Notes: generated by a model not told the origin, from the sequence alone. DNA of 64,000 bases from Candidatus Latescibacterota bacterium (GCA_965204745.1 OZ242010.1:3584001-3648000), one strand, 5' to 3'. Counted from the first letter of the stretch, positions 28,292 to 39,022 are shown. Program-made: numbers and translations.

Positions 28292-29527
28292 TCATCTGCG
28301 TTCTTTTGGTAACCCATTTGCGACTTTGACAATCGCGGCTGCCGCGTCGCGGATGTCGTTTTCGCGCATGTGTTCGTGCAAGCCCCATACGACTACGGTA
28401 CGCAATGCCTGCACCGCGCCCGGGACGAGTTCGGGAACGTAGTTGTATTCGCGGCTCGTCACGCCGTGGTGGAAGGGAAAACCGCTGTTGCCATACGTGC
28501 GTTTCTCGGTCAGATAATTCCCGCGCATAAAAATCGGGTCTTTGATATAATGGGCACTCATGGAAACGCCCTCGGCACGCACGGCATTGCAAAATTCATC
28601 GGGGTCGTGACCCGTGACGTGAAAAACGAAATTCCACCAGGAAACCTCGCGGTCCTCTTCAGGGGGAATGGCCCTTATCCCCGGTGCGTCGGCGATTAAC
28701 TCGCACAGCAACGCGCCCAAGGCGTGACGGCGTTTGACCACGCCGCGCACCTTTTCCAACTGCGCCAATCCAACCGCGCCCTGCATTTCGGTCATGCGGT
28801 AGTTGGGGGCCACAAAAGCGTGATCGCGCTCGCCCATGTACTCGTAATCCCACCCCTTGTCGGAGAACAGCTTGAGGCGGATGTAGGTGTCTCTGTCATG
28901 GGTGATCGTCATCCCCCCGTCGCCCGTGGTCATGTGTTTGGATTGTTGCAAGCTAAAACAACCCATGTGTCCAAACGTGCCCACGTACCGCCCTTTGTAC
29001 TTTGTGGCGTGGCACTGGCTGCAATCTTCTATGAGCGTAAGATGGTGTTTTTCCGCGATTTTCACCACTTCCTCGACATTGCAGGGCCGGCCGAATAGAT
29101 GCACGAGGATGATCGCACGCGTGCGCTCCGTGATGTTGGCTTCAATGGATTCGGGCGTCATGTTCATGGTGAGGGGATCGACATCGGCGAACACGGGCAC
29201 GGCATTTTGAATCAAGATCGGCATCACACTGCCCGGGTCCGTAATGGGCGCGGTGATGATCTCGTCTCCCGGTTCCGGATCGACGACGCCCACCGCGAGG
29301 TGAATGGCCGCGGTGCCGCTGGTCGAACTCTGTGCATGGCCCGTCCCGTAAAAGTCGGCAAATTGCCGTTCAAACTCCTTGACGTACGTGCCGCTCTTGC
29401 CAAACAAATTTTGACTCCGCACGGCCTTCACCAACAAGTCTTCTTCTGTTTTCCCAAACGGCATACGCGCCGGAAAAGGCGCGGTTCGGACTTTCTCCCC
29501 GCCATATACAGCCAATTTTCCGCTCAT
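28292..29527 (-). CDS. DegT/DnrJ/EryC1/StrS PLP aminotransferase
   Basis: SGTAAIH, IEDCSQ, FSLQQSKHMTTGDGG, NYRM. Confidence 0.94.
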   Translation of the reverse strand: MSGKLAVYGGEKVRTAPFPARMPFGKTEEDLLVKAVRSQNLFGKSGTYVKEFERQFADFYGTGHAQSSTSGTAAIHLAVGVVDPEPGDEIITAPITDPGSVMPILIQNAVPVFADVDPLTMNMTPESIEANITERTRAIILVHLFGRPCNVEEVVKIAEKHHLTLIEDCSQCHATKYKGRYVGTFGHMGCFSLQQSKHMTTGDGGMTITHDRDTYIRLKLFSDKGWDYEYMGERDHAFVAPNYRMTEMQGAVGLAQLEKVRGVVKRRHALGALLCELIADAPGIRAIPPEEDREVSWWNFVFHVTGHDPDEFCNAVRAEGVSMSAHYIKDPIFMRGNYLTEKRTYGNSGFPFHHGVTSREYNYVPELVPGAVQALRTVVVWGLHEHMRENDIRDAAAAIVKVANGLPKERR

Positions 29528-29588
29528 CCCGTCCTCCGATGTCTTATACCAAATCGACCTATATACCACCTCAACGAATCACTGCTTC

Positions 29589-29614
29589 GGACAGGCACGG
29601 GGGCCCGTCCCTAC
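29589..29614 (-). repeat. GTAG-type REP (also 19747, 32806, 37515, 43337, 45421, 55699, 60653)
   Basis: GTAGGGAC/GC...CCCC(C/T)GTGCC(C/T)GTCC imperfect palindrome, 8 copies. Confidence 0.85.
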
Positions 29615-29724
29615 GACCGATGAGACAGGGTGAACTAGGTTGTGTTGACATTTCATTTTTTAGACGTTACGCACAGATTAGCAAATGTGTTGCTTGCTCA
29701 TTTAAGGCGTTTGGTCTTACAGCC

Positions 29725-30018
29725 TCGTTTGCTACCTTCGATGCCTTCGGCGACTTACTTTTTTTCAACAGCAAAAAAAAGTAAGCAAAAAATGCCGCTC
29801 TCAAACGCCGAGAGGCTTGCACAGCGCAAAGCGCTTTTGTAACAGCACAATATGCGTCAGCCTGCAAAGTGGGTTGCAAGATGGCAGTTGGTTGCGAGAC
29901 GGCCTTGCGCGCTGTGCGTGATAGCTTGATCGGAGGGTGTTTTGCGAGGGCCCTTGTTGTGAGGTTCTTTGAACTGCGGAACGGCAGTGAATACGATGAG
30001 AGGGGTAGCAAAAGCGAG
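29725..30018. repeat. MITE-like structured non-coding element
   Basis: imperfect terminal IRs CTCGTTTGCTACC / GGTAGCAAAAGCGAG; internal hairpin CTTACTTTTTTT...AAAAAAAGTAAG. Confidence 0.5.
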
Positions 30019-30103
30019 AAAATTGAAGTAGCGATTGTCTGATTTTCTCGATAAACCGCCCCATCTACTTGCGTCTCACCTCTTGCGTCTCACCTCTTCC
30101 CTC

Positions 30104-31522
30104 TCACCTTTCCTTCCCCGCGACTGTGCCGGACACTTTTTTGTTCCCGGCCTGCAAGCGTGCGGCTTGGCTGGCGGAGCCGATGTGCATCGTGTTGTAC
30201 GCGTCTTCGGATGACTTGAACGGCCCATCGTACTCCTTGCGCCCGTGCCAGTTCAGATTCGTGAACATGGGATTGGCGTGGCCCACTTCTTTTTCGCGCT
30301 TGGCGATCCACGCTTCCATCCGGCCGCGCAGCAGCGCGACCACCTCGGGTTCTGCGTCCGCGAGATTGGTGGTCTCGCCCGGATCTTGGATCAAATTGTA
30401 AAGCTCCACTTCGGGCTTAAAATGAAAATCCGGTTCCAACGCCACGATCAACTTCCACTCGGGCGTGCGCCAGCCGTGTTTTCGCATCCACGTACACTCG
30501 GTGATATAAAACTCGGACTCGTGCGTCTTGCACTCGCCGCGCACCATCGGCATCAGGCTACGACCGTCAAACGCGATCTGCGTCTCCACATCCAAAAGCT
30601 CTAAAATCGTGGGCAGCAAATCCTTGTGCTGATTGTACCCATCCACGCGCGCGCCTTCGGGCAACTGCCCGGGCAAGCGCATTGCCAACGGCACTTTCAG
30701 GGTACACTCATAAATGCCGTGGTGGTCGAAATAACAATCGTGCTCGTCCAAGGTCTCGCCGTGGTCCCCATTGATCACCACCAACGTATCATCCCGCAAG
30801 CCGAGTTCGTCCACCCGCGTCAGCAGGCGTTGGATACACGCATCCATGTACGCGATTTCACCGTCGTATTGCGCCACCACAAAGTCCGCGTCCGTAATGC
30901 CCGGCGGCATCCAACTCAAGTGAAAATCCCGAAACGGCTTGAACGCCTTCACCGGTGCCATCGAGGTCTTGGCCGGGTCGCACGGGTCTTTGCTGTAAAA
31001 CATCGAATCGAACGGCGGCGGCGGCAAATAGGGCGCGTGAGGATCCATGTGCCGCAAAAACAGGAAAAACGGTTTGTCGCCTGCGGCCAACCGCTCCAAG
31101 TGGGGCAACGTCACCTCGTTGAGCAACTCGGCCTTTCGCAGGGGACGCTCGTCCCAACTGCCCCAGGCCTGAAAATTGACGTATTCGTCAAACCCGCGAG
31201 AACTCGGATTCCCGGTGAACCCGACGCACAGGGACTCATAACCCTCGTCGCGCAAAATCTCGGGCAAGGTCGCAACCTCGTCGGTCAGCCCGCCCCGGTG
31301 GCGGAGCGCGACCACGTCGGTCGAAAAACAATCCATCCCGGTCAGCATGGACGCGTACGCAGGCGTCGTGGGGATGTGCGCGCTAAACGTGTTTTCAAAC
31401 AAGACGCCCTGCGTGGCGAACTCGTCGATATTCGGCGTGGTCAAGCGGTGATAGCCGTAACAACTCATGTGATCCGACCACAGGCTGTCGATGCCGAACA
31501 AAATCAAATTCTTTTTTTTCAT
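30104..31522 (-). CDS. sulfatase-like hydrolase (alkaline phosphatase superfamily)
   Basis: LFGIDSL, TTPNID, DPHAPY, GDHGE, ELYNLIQDPGE. Confidence 0.9.
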   Translation of the reverse strand: MKKKNLILFGIDSLWSDHMSCYGYHRLTTPNIDEFATQGVLFENTFSAHIPTTPAYASMLTGMDCFSTDVVALRHRGGLTDEVATLPEILRDEGYESLCVGFTGNPSSRGFDEYVNFQAWGSWDERPLRKAELLNEVTLPHLERLAAGDKPFFLFLRHMDPHAPYLPPPPFDSMFYSKDPCDPAKTSMAPVKAFKPFRDFHLSWMPPGITDADFVVAQYDGEIAYMDACIQRLLTRVDELGLRDDTLVVINGDHGETLDEHDCYFDHHGIYECTLKVPLAMRLPGQLPEGARVDGYNQHKDLLPTILELLDVETQIAFDGRSLMPMVRGECKTHESEFYITECTWMRKHGWRTPEWKLIVALEPDFHFKPEVELYNLIQDPGETTNLADAEPEVVALLRGRMEAWIAKREKEVGHANPMFTNLNWHGRKEYDGPFKSSEDAYNTMHIGSASQAARLQAGNKKVSGTVAGKER

Positions 31523-31571
31523 ATCGTTCTCCTCAAAAACATCAGTCGGGGCCGTCTGCGTCATCTGCGGG

Positions 31572-32390
31572 TCAAAAGCCCTCCGCGATCTTTCTGAACC
31601 CATCGCCGTAGGCTTTCAGGGTCGCATCTGCGTCGTGATCGCTGCCGGGTTTGTGAATGACCTCGACGGAAAAGAACCCGTCGAATCCCGCGGCGTGCAA
31701 CAATTTGAGGGGCGTGGCGTGATCCAAATCGCCGTGGCCCAGCGCGACGGTTGTAATCCGGCCGTTTTCATCGTCATAACGCCCGTCGTGTGCGTGCAGG
31801 TGTTTGGTCAGCGCCCCGATAGTTCGCATGGTTTCTTCGGGGCGTTCCATGTGCCGTTGCGGGTGCATCAAATCCCACAGCACGCCCATGTTGGGATGAT
31901 TCACTTTCTCGACCACAGCGCGCACTTGCGCGGAAACGCACCATTCGTCGTGCGTCTCCATCAGCACAACGACCCCGCGCTCGGCGGCGTGATCCATCAC
32001 GCGCTTGTACGCCTCGGCCGTGCGGTTCACCATCCAAAACACCTCGCCACGGCCGCGCGCGCCGCCAAAGGTGCGAATCGATCCCGCGCCCAAATCCGCC
32101 GCCAAGTCAATCGCGGCATCGGCTTCGGCAATGGACTGATCCAGTGCCGCCGGGTCTTCGGTGGCAAACTTCGCCCCGGTCGCCACGCAACATATCGCCA
32201 GCCCTGCAACCTCGAATTTCGCCCGCGCTGCGTCTCGGGCCGCAACGGGCATATCCAGTTCAAAGCCCGAGGCATGGCCCCAGCCCACGCGCGGCTCCAG
32301 CCCTTCAAACCCATGCCGGTGCATCCCGTCGATGATCTGATCCACAGACCAATCCGGGCACACACTCGTCATCGTTCCCAATCGAATCAT
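31572..32390 (-). CDS. sugar phosphate isomerase/epimerase (xylose-isomerase-like TIM barrel)
   Basis: METHD, WDLMH, HLHAHD, SVE. Confidence 0.9.
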   Translation of the reverse strand: MIRLGTMTSVCPDWSVDQIIDGMHRHGFEGLEPRVGWGHASGFELDMPVAARDAARAKFEVAGLAICCVATGAKFATEDPAALDQSIAEADAAIDLAADLGAGSIRTFGGARGRGEVFWMVNRTAEAYKRVMDHAAERGVVVLMETHDEWCVSAQVRAVVEKVNHPNMGVLWDLMHPQRHMERPEETMRTIGALTKHLHAHDGRYDDENGRITTVALGHGDLDHATPLKLLHAAGFDGFFSVEVIHKPGSDHDADATLKAYGDGFRKIAEGF

Positions 32391-32425
32391 GACTCACTCC
32401 TTTCCGGTGAATGGCTCGGACATTT

Positions 32426-32466
32426 TTAGCCACGAGCGGGGTACAACTGGCGACAGCCAGTTCAAA
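32426..32466. repeat. ~40-bp hairpin repeat (also 37462-37502, inverted 45494-45524)
   Basis: GCGGGGTACAACTGGCGAYAGCCAGTTCAAA; stem AACTGGC/GCCAGTT. Confidence 0.8.
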
Positions 32467-32685
32467 AGCACAAAAGGCACAAAAGCCTGTGGCACTGAAC
32501 CTTTTTAGCCACAGAAAGCACAAGAGGCACAATGGCTACTGAACCTCAGCAGGCTCAATTCAGTCGCCGTCCGAATATCGCGGTTCAAACTAATGCCAAG
32601 TGCCCGCTATTGCAAGCGGAAAACGGGATTAGACCATCGCGTTCACCTTTCGCATTGACGGAATGGGAGTGGTGGTGTATTTTTT

Positions 32686-32716
32686 AGTAGTCAGTTGTCA
32701 GTAGTCAGTTGTCAGT
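32686..32716. repeat. second heptamer family GTCAGTA/GTCAGTT (also ~22016, 28273, 40369, 41566, 54078, 60702, 60793)
   Basis: direct reading. Confidence 0.88.
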
Positions 32717-32971
32717 CCCCGCCCTGCCACCCGGCCCAAAGGTGAGACGCAAGAGGGAAGACGCAAGAAGGCTACCTAACACGAGTTCACCCTGTCCCAT
32801 CCGTCATAGGGACAGGCCCCTGTGCCTGTCTGAAGGAGCGGTCATTTGGAGCCAATCCCGTGCAGTACAAAAAGGAGACGCAAAAAAAATAAGACAGTGG
32901 TCGATAAACTGATAGAACGCGACAAACAGTATGACCAACACCATATCAGACAAAAAACGAACGGGCACGCC

Positions 32972-33946
32972 ATGAAGCGAAAAGCACCGAGAAATCGCAC
33001 GCTGACCTGTAGCAAAGCGGAGATAGATCGGCTATCCGCACGGATTTTTCAAGTGCAACATCCGGTCAGTGCGGGGGAAATTGAGGGCGAGATCATCGGC
33101 GGAGATGTGTTTGAAATCGCCGGGTATTTGCCGAAAAAATTCGTGGATTTGCTCATCTTGGATCCCCCGTACAATCTGTCCAAAAACTATCACGGTCATT
33201 TGTTTAAAGCGCGGGAACGAGACCGCTATCAAAAGTGGTTTCAACGGGTTATTGAAGTTTTGCTCCCCGCGTTGCATCCCCAGGCGACAATTTATGCATG
33301 TTCGGATTGGCGAACTTCTGTGCTCATCGCGCCCATTCTCGAATCGCAGTTTCACATTCGCAACCGCATCACTTGGGAAAGGGAGAAAGGGCGCGGGTCA
33401 AAGGTCAACTGGAAAAACAACGCAGAGGATATTTGGTTCTGCACCGTCTCGGACGAGTACTGCTTTCAGGTCGATGCCGTGAAGATCAAACGCAAGGTCA
33501 TCGCGCCCTATCGCGTGAACGGAACGCCAAAGGATTGGAATGCAGAAGAGCGCGGCAATTATCGCCTGACCCACCCCTCAAATATCTGGACGGACATAAC
33601 GGTTCCATTTTGGTCTATGCCGGAAAATACCGATCACCCCACGCAGAAACCCGAAAAACTCATCGCCAAGTTGGTACTCGCCAGTTCCCAAAAAGGCGAT
33701 TTTGTGTTTGACCCTTTCCTCGGCAGTGGCACGACAGCCGTCGTAGCCAAAAAGTTGGGGCGGCGATTCTGCGGCGTCGAACAAAACCGAGAATACTGCT
33801 GTTGGGCACTCAAACGCTTGGCACGCACGGCCAAAGACGCGGCGATTCAAGGCTATGTGGATGGCGTATTCTGGGAAAGAAATTCATTGCGCGATCAACA
33901 AAAATCCGTCAAACCACCTGCACGCCAAAGCGAGTTGTTCAAATGA
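32972..33946 (+). CDS. beta-class amino DNA methyltransferase (N4C/N6A)
   Basis: DPPYN, then HPTQKP, then DPFLGSGTT. Confidence 0.93.
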   Translation: MKRKAPRNRTLTCSKAEIDRLSARIFQVQHPVSAGEIEGEIIGGDVFEIAGYLPKKFVDLLILDPPYNLSKNYHGHLFKARERDRYQKWFQRVIEVLLPALHPQATIYACSDWRTSVLIAPILESQFHIRNRITWEREKGRGSKVNWKNNAEDIWFCTVSDEYCFQVDAVKIKRKVIAPYRVNGTPKDWNAEERGNYRLTHPSNIWTDITVPFWSMPENTDHPTQKPEKLIAKLVLASSQKGDFVFDPFLGSGTTAVVAKKLGRRFCGVEQNREYCCWALKRLARTAKDAAIQGYVDGVFWERNSLRDQQKSVKPPARQSELFK

Positions 33947-34115
33947 AATCATCATTTTACTACGACGGTCACCACCTGAAAGTGGCCGAGCAGATCAAAA
34001 CGCACATCAATGCGTCTTCCGATTTTTTGTCGCACCAAACAGCCCAGAGCACTCGCGCTGTGGGGGATGCGATAGCGTTTTTGATAGGGGAGAAATTTGA
34101 CTCATTTTTGCAAAG
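33943..34115 (+). pseudogene. truncated gene, probably the cognate restriction endonuclease
   Basis: ATGA overlap with MTase stop; ~57 codons (STRAVGDAI) then a repeat array. Confidence 0.55.
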
Positions 34116-34340
34116 CTCGCCTTTTATGCCTTTTGTGTTTTTGTGTTTTTGTGGCTAAACTTCCATCTCGCCTTTTATGCCTTTTGTGTTTTTGTGTTTT
34201 TGTGTTTTTGTGGCTAAACTTCCATCTCGCCTTTTATGCCTTTTGTGTTTTTGTGTTTTTGTGGCTAAACTTCCATCTCGCCTTTTATGCCTTTTATGCC
34301 TTTTGTGTTTTTGTGGCTAAATGCCCATCTCGCCTTTTGC
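34116..34340. repeat. tandem repeat, four ~50-60 bp units
   Basis: CTCGCCTTTTATGCC(TTTTGTGTT)nTTTGTGGCTAAACTTCCAT. Confidence 0.92.
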
Positions 34341-34384
34341 CTTTCATCCGTCTTCATCCGTGGTTGTTTTTTTTGGAGTATCCC

Positions 34385-37300
34385 ATGCAAACAAACGCTT
34401 TTCGCATCTCGTCCATTCTCTTGTTGTGTGCTGTGTTGGCAGGGCCAGCCGGGGCGCAGTCTCAGGCGACCACTGGGGTTATTCGCGGCGCGGTGTGGGA
34501 CTCGTTCGGCAAGCCCGTTGGCAATGCCACCATCTCGTTGACCGAGACGCGCACCAATTATCGGCGCACCATCGTGTCGTCCGACATGGGGGTGTTCGCC
34601 GCGACCTTGTTGCCCTTGGGCCTTTACGACATCACAGCGCGGGCAGAAGGACGAGCCGACGTGCGGCAGACGGGCATCCAGGTTCGGGTTGGCGAGACCG
34701 TGGAATTGAACATCAAAATGGGACTGCAACGGGGTGAGAACATCAAAACGATGGTCATGGAAGAGACCCTCGTCGAAGCGGTGCGGCCCGCGGTGGACAT
34801 CACGCAGAGCGAGCCGGCGACGCGCCTGCCCAAAGAAGCCGTGGCGGACTTGCCCAACAATGGGCGCAATGTCCTCAACCTCACCTTGTTGACCCCGGGC
34901 GTGGGCATCGTGCAAGGGCCTGATGGGGATGAATTGACCATTGCCGGGCAGCGCGGCATTCACAACAACATCTCGGTCGACGGCGCGGATTTCAACAACC
35001 CCTTCTTCGGGGAACAACGCGGGGGGCAACGCCCGGCCTTCACCTTTAACATGGACGCGGTCGAGGAAATCGTGGTGATTCCCCAAGGGGCCAATGCCGA
35101 ATTTGGTCGATCCAGCGGGGGCTTTGTCAATGCCATCACCAAGTCCGGCACCAACGAGTTGCACGGGTCCATCCATTTCTTCGGCAAACACAGCGCGCTT
35201 TCCGCAACCGCCGAGCACGAGGGCATCACGCGCACGCCCGATTTTGGGCAAGGGCAATTCGGCTTCACGCTAGGCGGGCCGTTGGTCAAAAACAAGGCGT
35301 TTTTCTTTGCGGCTTACGACCAGCAAATTTTCAGAGATACCAAGCAGGACGACATCCACCGCATCCATCCCGACGTGCGCGACTTTATGGACGCCGCGTT
35401 CAACGGCGCGCTAGCAGGCGACTATGGCCCCATCGACCGCACCGATGACGCCCGCGCTTTTCTCGCCAAGATCGACTACCACCTGTCGGAAAACCACTCG
35501 GCCACCTTCAAATACAATTACACCTGGTCCGAGCAGAAAAACGGCACCTTTGACGTGGATTCGTGGGCGCGCAGCGCGAATGCCGTGGAAAGGGATTGGT
35601 CGCACGCTTTCAACGGCAGTTTGGTATCGCTGTTGCCGGGCAACGCGATCAACGAGTTCCGGTTCCAACTCGCCCGGGAGGATCGCCCGCGTCCTTACGA
35701 CGGGCCGATCAACCCCACTACCGCGCGTCCATTTCCCGATACGGCGATGGATTTTGCGGGCGCGTACCGCTTTGGCATGCCCTTTTTTATCCCGGTGGAT
35801 TACCGCGATTCCCGCATCCAACTCCTCAACAACATCTCCGTGGGCATGGGCGATCACTTGATCAAAGCAGGCGTGGAGTGGAACCGAGTCGCGTCCACGC
35901 AGACCTTCATCGGTTTTGCCAATGGCCGCTACATCTTCGGCTCGGTCGGCGGCTTCCTCAATTTTGTGGAACGCGGCAATGACTATGTCGAGTGCGTCGG
36001 CGGCAGTACGAGCACCGCGGGGGCGTGTCCAGATGGCGTCGAGATCACCGGCCCCGTCCTGCTCTATTTGCAACAGGCCGGCGTCGGCGGGCTAACAGTG
36101 GAGGAAGCGGGCACACAGGCTATCCCACAGCACGAGTTGGCCGCGTTTGTGCAAGACAGTTGGCGAGTTTCGGACGAGCTGACGCTCAATTACGGCCTGC
36201 GCTGGGAGGCGCAAATTCAGCCGGATGTGCTCACCGATCCCACCGAAGTCTTCTTCGCCGATTTCATCGGCAAAACAGCGAGCAACGAGACGGGGACGCA
36301 CGCCTTCCCGTCCAATGGCAAAATCCCCTCGGACTGGACGATGTTCCAACCCCGCATTGGCATGGCCTACGACATCCACGGAGACAACAAGACCCTGTTG
36401 CGCGCCAGCGTTGGCATTTACCACGCGCGCATCCCGGGCTTGAACTTGGCCGGCACGCGCTCGACCAATGGCTCGCGCGGGCAGACCATTTTCCGATCCA
36501 GCGCGCTCGCGCCGGTTTTGGGCCCGCCCCCTGCGTACGGCGACTTGTTGCCCGCGCCCGAGGGCGATCCCTTTCGCCCGGACATCACGGTCGTTGACAA
36601 AAATTTCAAAAACCCGCGCACCCTCAGCGCGCATGTGGGCATGGAACGCGAGTTGCACGCAGAGGGCTTGGTCGGCACCCTCGGCTATACGCACGCGCGC
36701 ACGGACCGCTTGACGCGCTTCATCAACCGCAACGACGCGGTCTTCGGCGCGCCGTGGGCCACGGGCTTGGGCGCAGATGGGAACAATGGCATCAACAATT
36801 TGACGGTGGTGGAGAGCACGGCCAAGTCGCGCTACCACGGGATCAGCCTTGGGCTGCGGCACAATGTTCGGGAGGCTTTGCAATTTCAGATCAACTACAC
36901 GCTGTCGTGGGATCGGTCCAATGACGACAACGAGCGCGATCCCTTCACCTTTCGCTATGTCGATCCCACGCGGTTGGACCTCGAGTGGGGCTATTCGGAC
37001 CGCGATCAACGCCACCGCTTCAATGCGTGGGCCTTGGCAAAATTGCCCGGACAGATCGTCCTCAACAACCGCATAAGCTACTATTCGGCGCAACCGATTT
37101 CCGAATCCTGCGGCAACGACAACCGAGGCTCGGGCCTGGCCGCGGTCAATCCGTGGGGCGCGGACTCGGATAGGATCTGCGCGAATGGCAACATTATACC
37201 GCGCAACACCTTGCGAAAGGACAATGCGTTTTTCTCGTGGGACGCGCGCCTGTCCCGCCCCATCCCATTGGGCAAGGGCGAGTTGGAGGCGATAGTCGAG

Positions 37301-37435
37301 GTGTTCAACCTGCTCAACACGGACAACTTCCGCGACCCCTCCAGCGCGGGCCTGCTGTTCAATTTCGATGGCACCGTGCAATCGGGCTTGGGCAACCCCC
37401 GCGAGGTACAGATCGGTTTGCGGTATGTGTATTGA
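34385..37435 (+). CDS. TonB-dependent receptor (Oar-like, N-terminal carboxypeptidase-regulatory-like domain)
   Basis: signal peptide, LPNNGRN, SVDGADFN, ITKSGTNELHGS, LTLNYGLRWE, C-terminal QIGLRYVY. Confidence 0.93.
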   Translation: MQTNAFRISSILLLCAVLAGPAGAQSQATTGVIRGAVWDSFGKPVGNATISLTETRTNYRRTIVSSDMGVFAATLLPLGLYDITARAEGRADVRQTGIQVRVGETVELNIKMGLQRGENIKTMVMEETLVEAVRPAVDITQSEPATRLPKEAVADLPNNGRNVLNLTLLTPGVGIVQGPDGDELTIAGQRGIHNNISVDGADFNNPFFGEQRGGQRPAFTFNMDAVEEIVVIPQGANAEFGRSSGGFVNAITKSGTNELHGSIHFFGKHSALSATAEHEGITRTPDFGQGQFGFTLGGPLVKNKAFFFAAYDQQIFRDTKQDDIHRIHPDVRDFMDAAFNGALAGDYGPIDRTDDARAFLAKIDYHLSENHSATFKYNYTWSEQKNGTFDVDSWARSANAVERDWSHAFNGSLVSLLPGNAINEFRFQLAREDRPRPYDGPINPTTARPFPDTAMDFAGAYRFGMPFFIPVDYRDSRIQLLNNISVGMGDHLIKAGVEWNRVASTQTFIGFANGRYIFGSVGGFLNFVERGNDYVECVGGSTSTAGACPDGVEITGPVLLYLQQAGVGGLTVEEAGTQAIPQHELAAFVQDSWRVSDELTLNYGLRWEAQIQPDVLTDPTEVFFADFIGKTASNETGTHAFPSNGKIPSDWTMFQPRIGMAYDIHGDNKTLLRASVGIYHARIPGLNLAGTRSTNGSRGQTIFRSSALAPVLGPPPAYGDLLPAPEGDPFRPDITVVDKNFKNPRTLSAHVGMERELHAEGLVGTLGYTHARTDRLTRFINRNDAVFGAPWATGLGADGNNGINNLTVVESTAKSRYHGISLGLRHNVREALQFQINYTLSWDRSNDDNERDPFTFRYVDPTRLDLEWGYSDRDQRHRFNAWALAKLPGQIVLNNRISYYSAQPISESCGNDNRGSGLAAVNPWGADSDRICANGNIIPRNTLRKDNAFFSWDARLSRPIPLGKGELEAIVEVFNLLNTDNFRDPSSAGLLFNFDGTVQSGLGNPREVQIGLRYVY

Positions 37436-37822
37436 GACGAATGGGCGAGATGGAAGTGGAATTAGCCACGAGCGGGGTACAACTGGCGATAGCCAGTTCA
37501 AAGGCGAATAGTGTGTAGGGGCGGTGCCCCTGTGCCCGCCCAACGATACAAGAGGGCCGGGGGATAGGTCTTGCGAGAAGGAGGGGATGTGAAGGATGAA
37601 GCGGCAGTAGGGATGTGGGGACGGGTACGCACGGGTGGCGGGGTGGGGTAATCCGCGCAATCCCTTAATCCGTTTAATCCGCGATTCAGACACGGCGGCG
37701 CGGGGACGGGCTGGGCACGCACGGGTGGTTGGGCAGAGCGGCTGGGAAAATCACTTGATATATCTAAAATTTCGGCTATTTTGCAATCGGACTGCAAAGT
37801 AGCCGTTTTTTTGGAGCCGACC

Positions 37823-39022
37823 ATGTACATCTCCCGAACCCTCGAATCCTTTGTCGCGTCTTCTCGATTTCCCGTGCTCATGATCTCTGGGGCCAGGCAG
37901 GTCGGCAAGACGACGTTTTTGCGGCATTTGAGTGCCCCGGACCGCACGTACATCACTTTGGACGATCCACTGGTGCAGAGCTTGGCGCGAGAAGACCCCG
38001 CCTTGTTCATGCAGCGGTTCGCCCCACCCGTGCTCATCGACGAAATCCAGTACGCGCCGCAACTGTTGCCCTATATCAAAATCGCCGTGGACCGAGATCG
38101 CTCGCCCGGCATGTTCTGGCTTACCGGCTCGCAACCATTTCATCTGATGAAAGGCATCTCCGAGTCCCTGGCCGGACGAATAGGCATCGTGCAACTTTTT
38201 GGCCTTTCGAGGCGCGAGCGCGTGGGCATCTCTGCGGATCCGTTCCTGCCCGTTCCCGACGCGATTTGCACCCGCGGCACACTCGGTTTGAAGGCCCTGT
38301 ACAACCTGATCTGGCGCGGCGATTTTCCCGCCATCGCTTTGGATGATCTGATGGATTGGGACTTGTTTTACAGTTCTTACTTGCAGACGTATCTCCAGCG
38401 CGATATCCGAGACCTCGCCCGAGTGGGAGATGAAATCGCCTTTCTCCGGTTTCTGCGATCCGCCGCGGCCCGCACCGCGCAGATCTTGAATTTTTCCGAC
38501 TTGGCCCGCGATGCCGATGTGGCGCCAAATACGGCGAAAACATGGCTTTCCATTTTGCAGGCTTCCGGCGTGATCTATCTTTTGAAGCCCTATTATACCA
38601 ACCTCACCAAGCGACTGGTCAAACGCCCCAAACTCTATTTTTTCGATACCGGGTTGTGCGCGTACCTCACCGAATGGTCGAGCCCGGAAACGCTGGAGGC
38701 AGGCGCGATGTCTGGCCCCATCTTGGAAACGTGGGTCGTAAACGAACTGTTGAAGAGCTACCGACACAATGGCCGCCAAGCCCCGTTCTATTATTACCGC
38801 GACCGAGATGGCAAAGAAGTCGATCTCCTCATCGTGCGGGATGGCGCGATCTATCCGCTGGAAATCAAAAAAACCGCCTCGGCCGACAAGCGCGATGTTC
38901 GCCATTTTCGCACCTTGCAAAAATTGAACATGCCCATCGGCCCAGGCGGCGTAATTTGCTTGGCAGAACAATCCCTGCCGCTCGCGGATTCCGCCCTGTC
39001 CATTCCCGTGTCTGCCCTTTGA
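37823..39022 (+). CDS. AAA ATPase with DUF4143 domain
   Basis: GARQVGKTT, IDEIQYAP, ESLAGR, KLYFFDTGL, EVDLL...EIK. Confidence 0.92.
   Translation: MYISRTLESFVASSRFPVLMISGARQVGKTTFLRHLSAPDRTYITLDDPLVQSLAREDPALFMQRFAPPVLIDEIQYAPQLLPYIKIAVDRDRSPGMFWLTGSQPFHLMKGISESLAGRIGIVQLFGLSRRERVGISADPFLPVPDAICTRGTLGLKALYNLIWRGDFPAIALDDLMDWDLFYSSYLQTYLQRDIRDLARVGDEIAFLRFLRSAAARTAQILNFSDLARDADVAPNTAKTWLSILQASGVIYLLKPYYTNLTKRLVKRPKLYFFDTGLCAYLTEWSSPETLEAGAMSGPILETWVVNELLKSYRHNGRQAPFYYYRDRDGKEVDLLIVRDGAIYPLEIKKTASADKRDVRHFRTLQKLNMPIGPGGVICLAEQSLPLADSALSIPVSAL

Noticed and set aside
34116-34340. CRISPR array or coding repeat
   Set aside because: No unique spacers; units differ only in number of 9-mers. The N-terminal extension of ORF 34097 is read-through of this repeat; the receptor starts at 34385.
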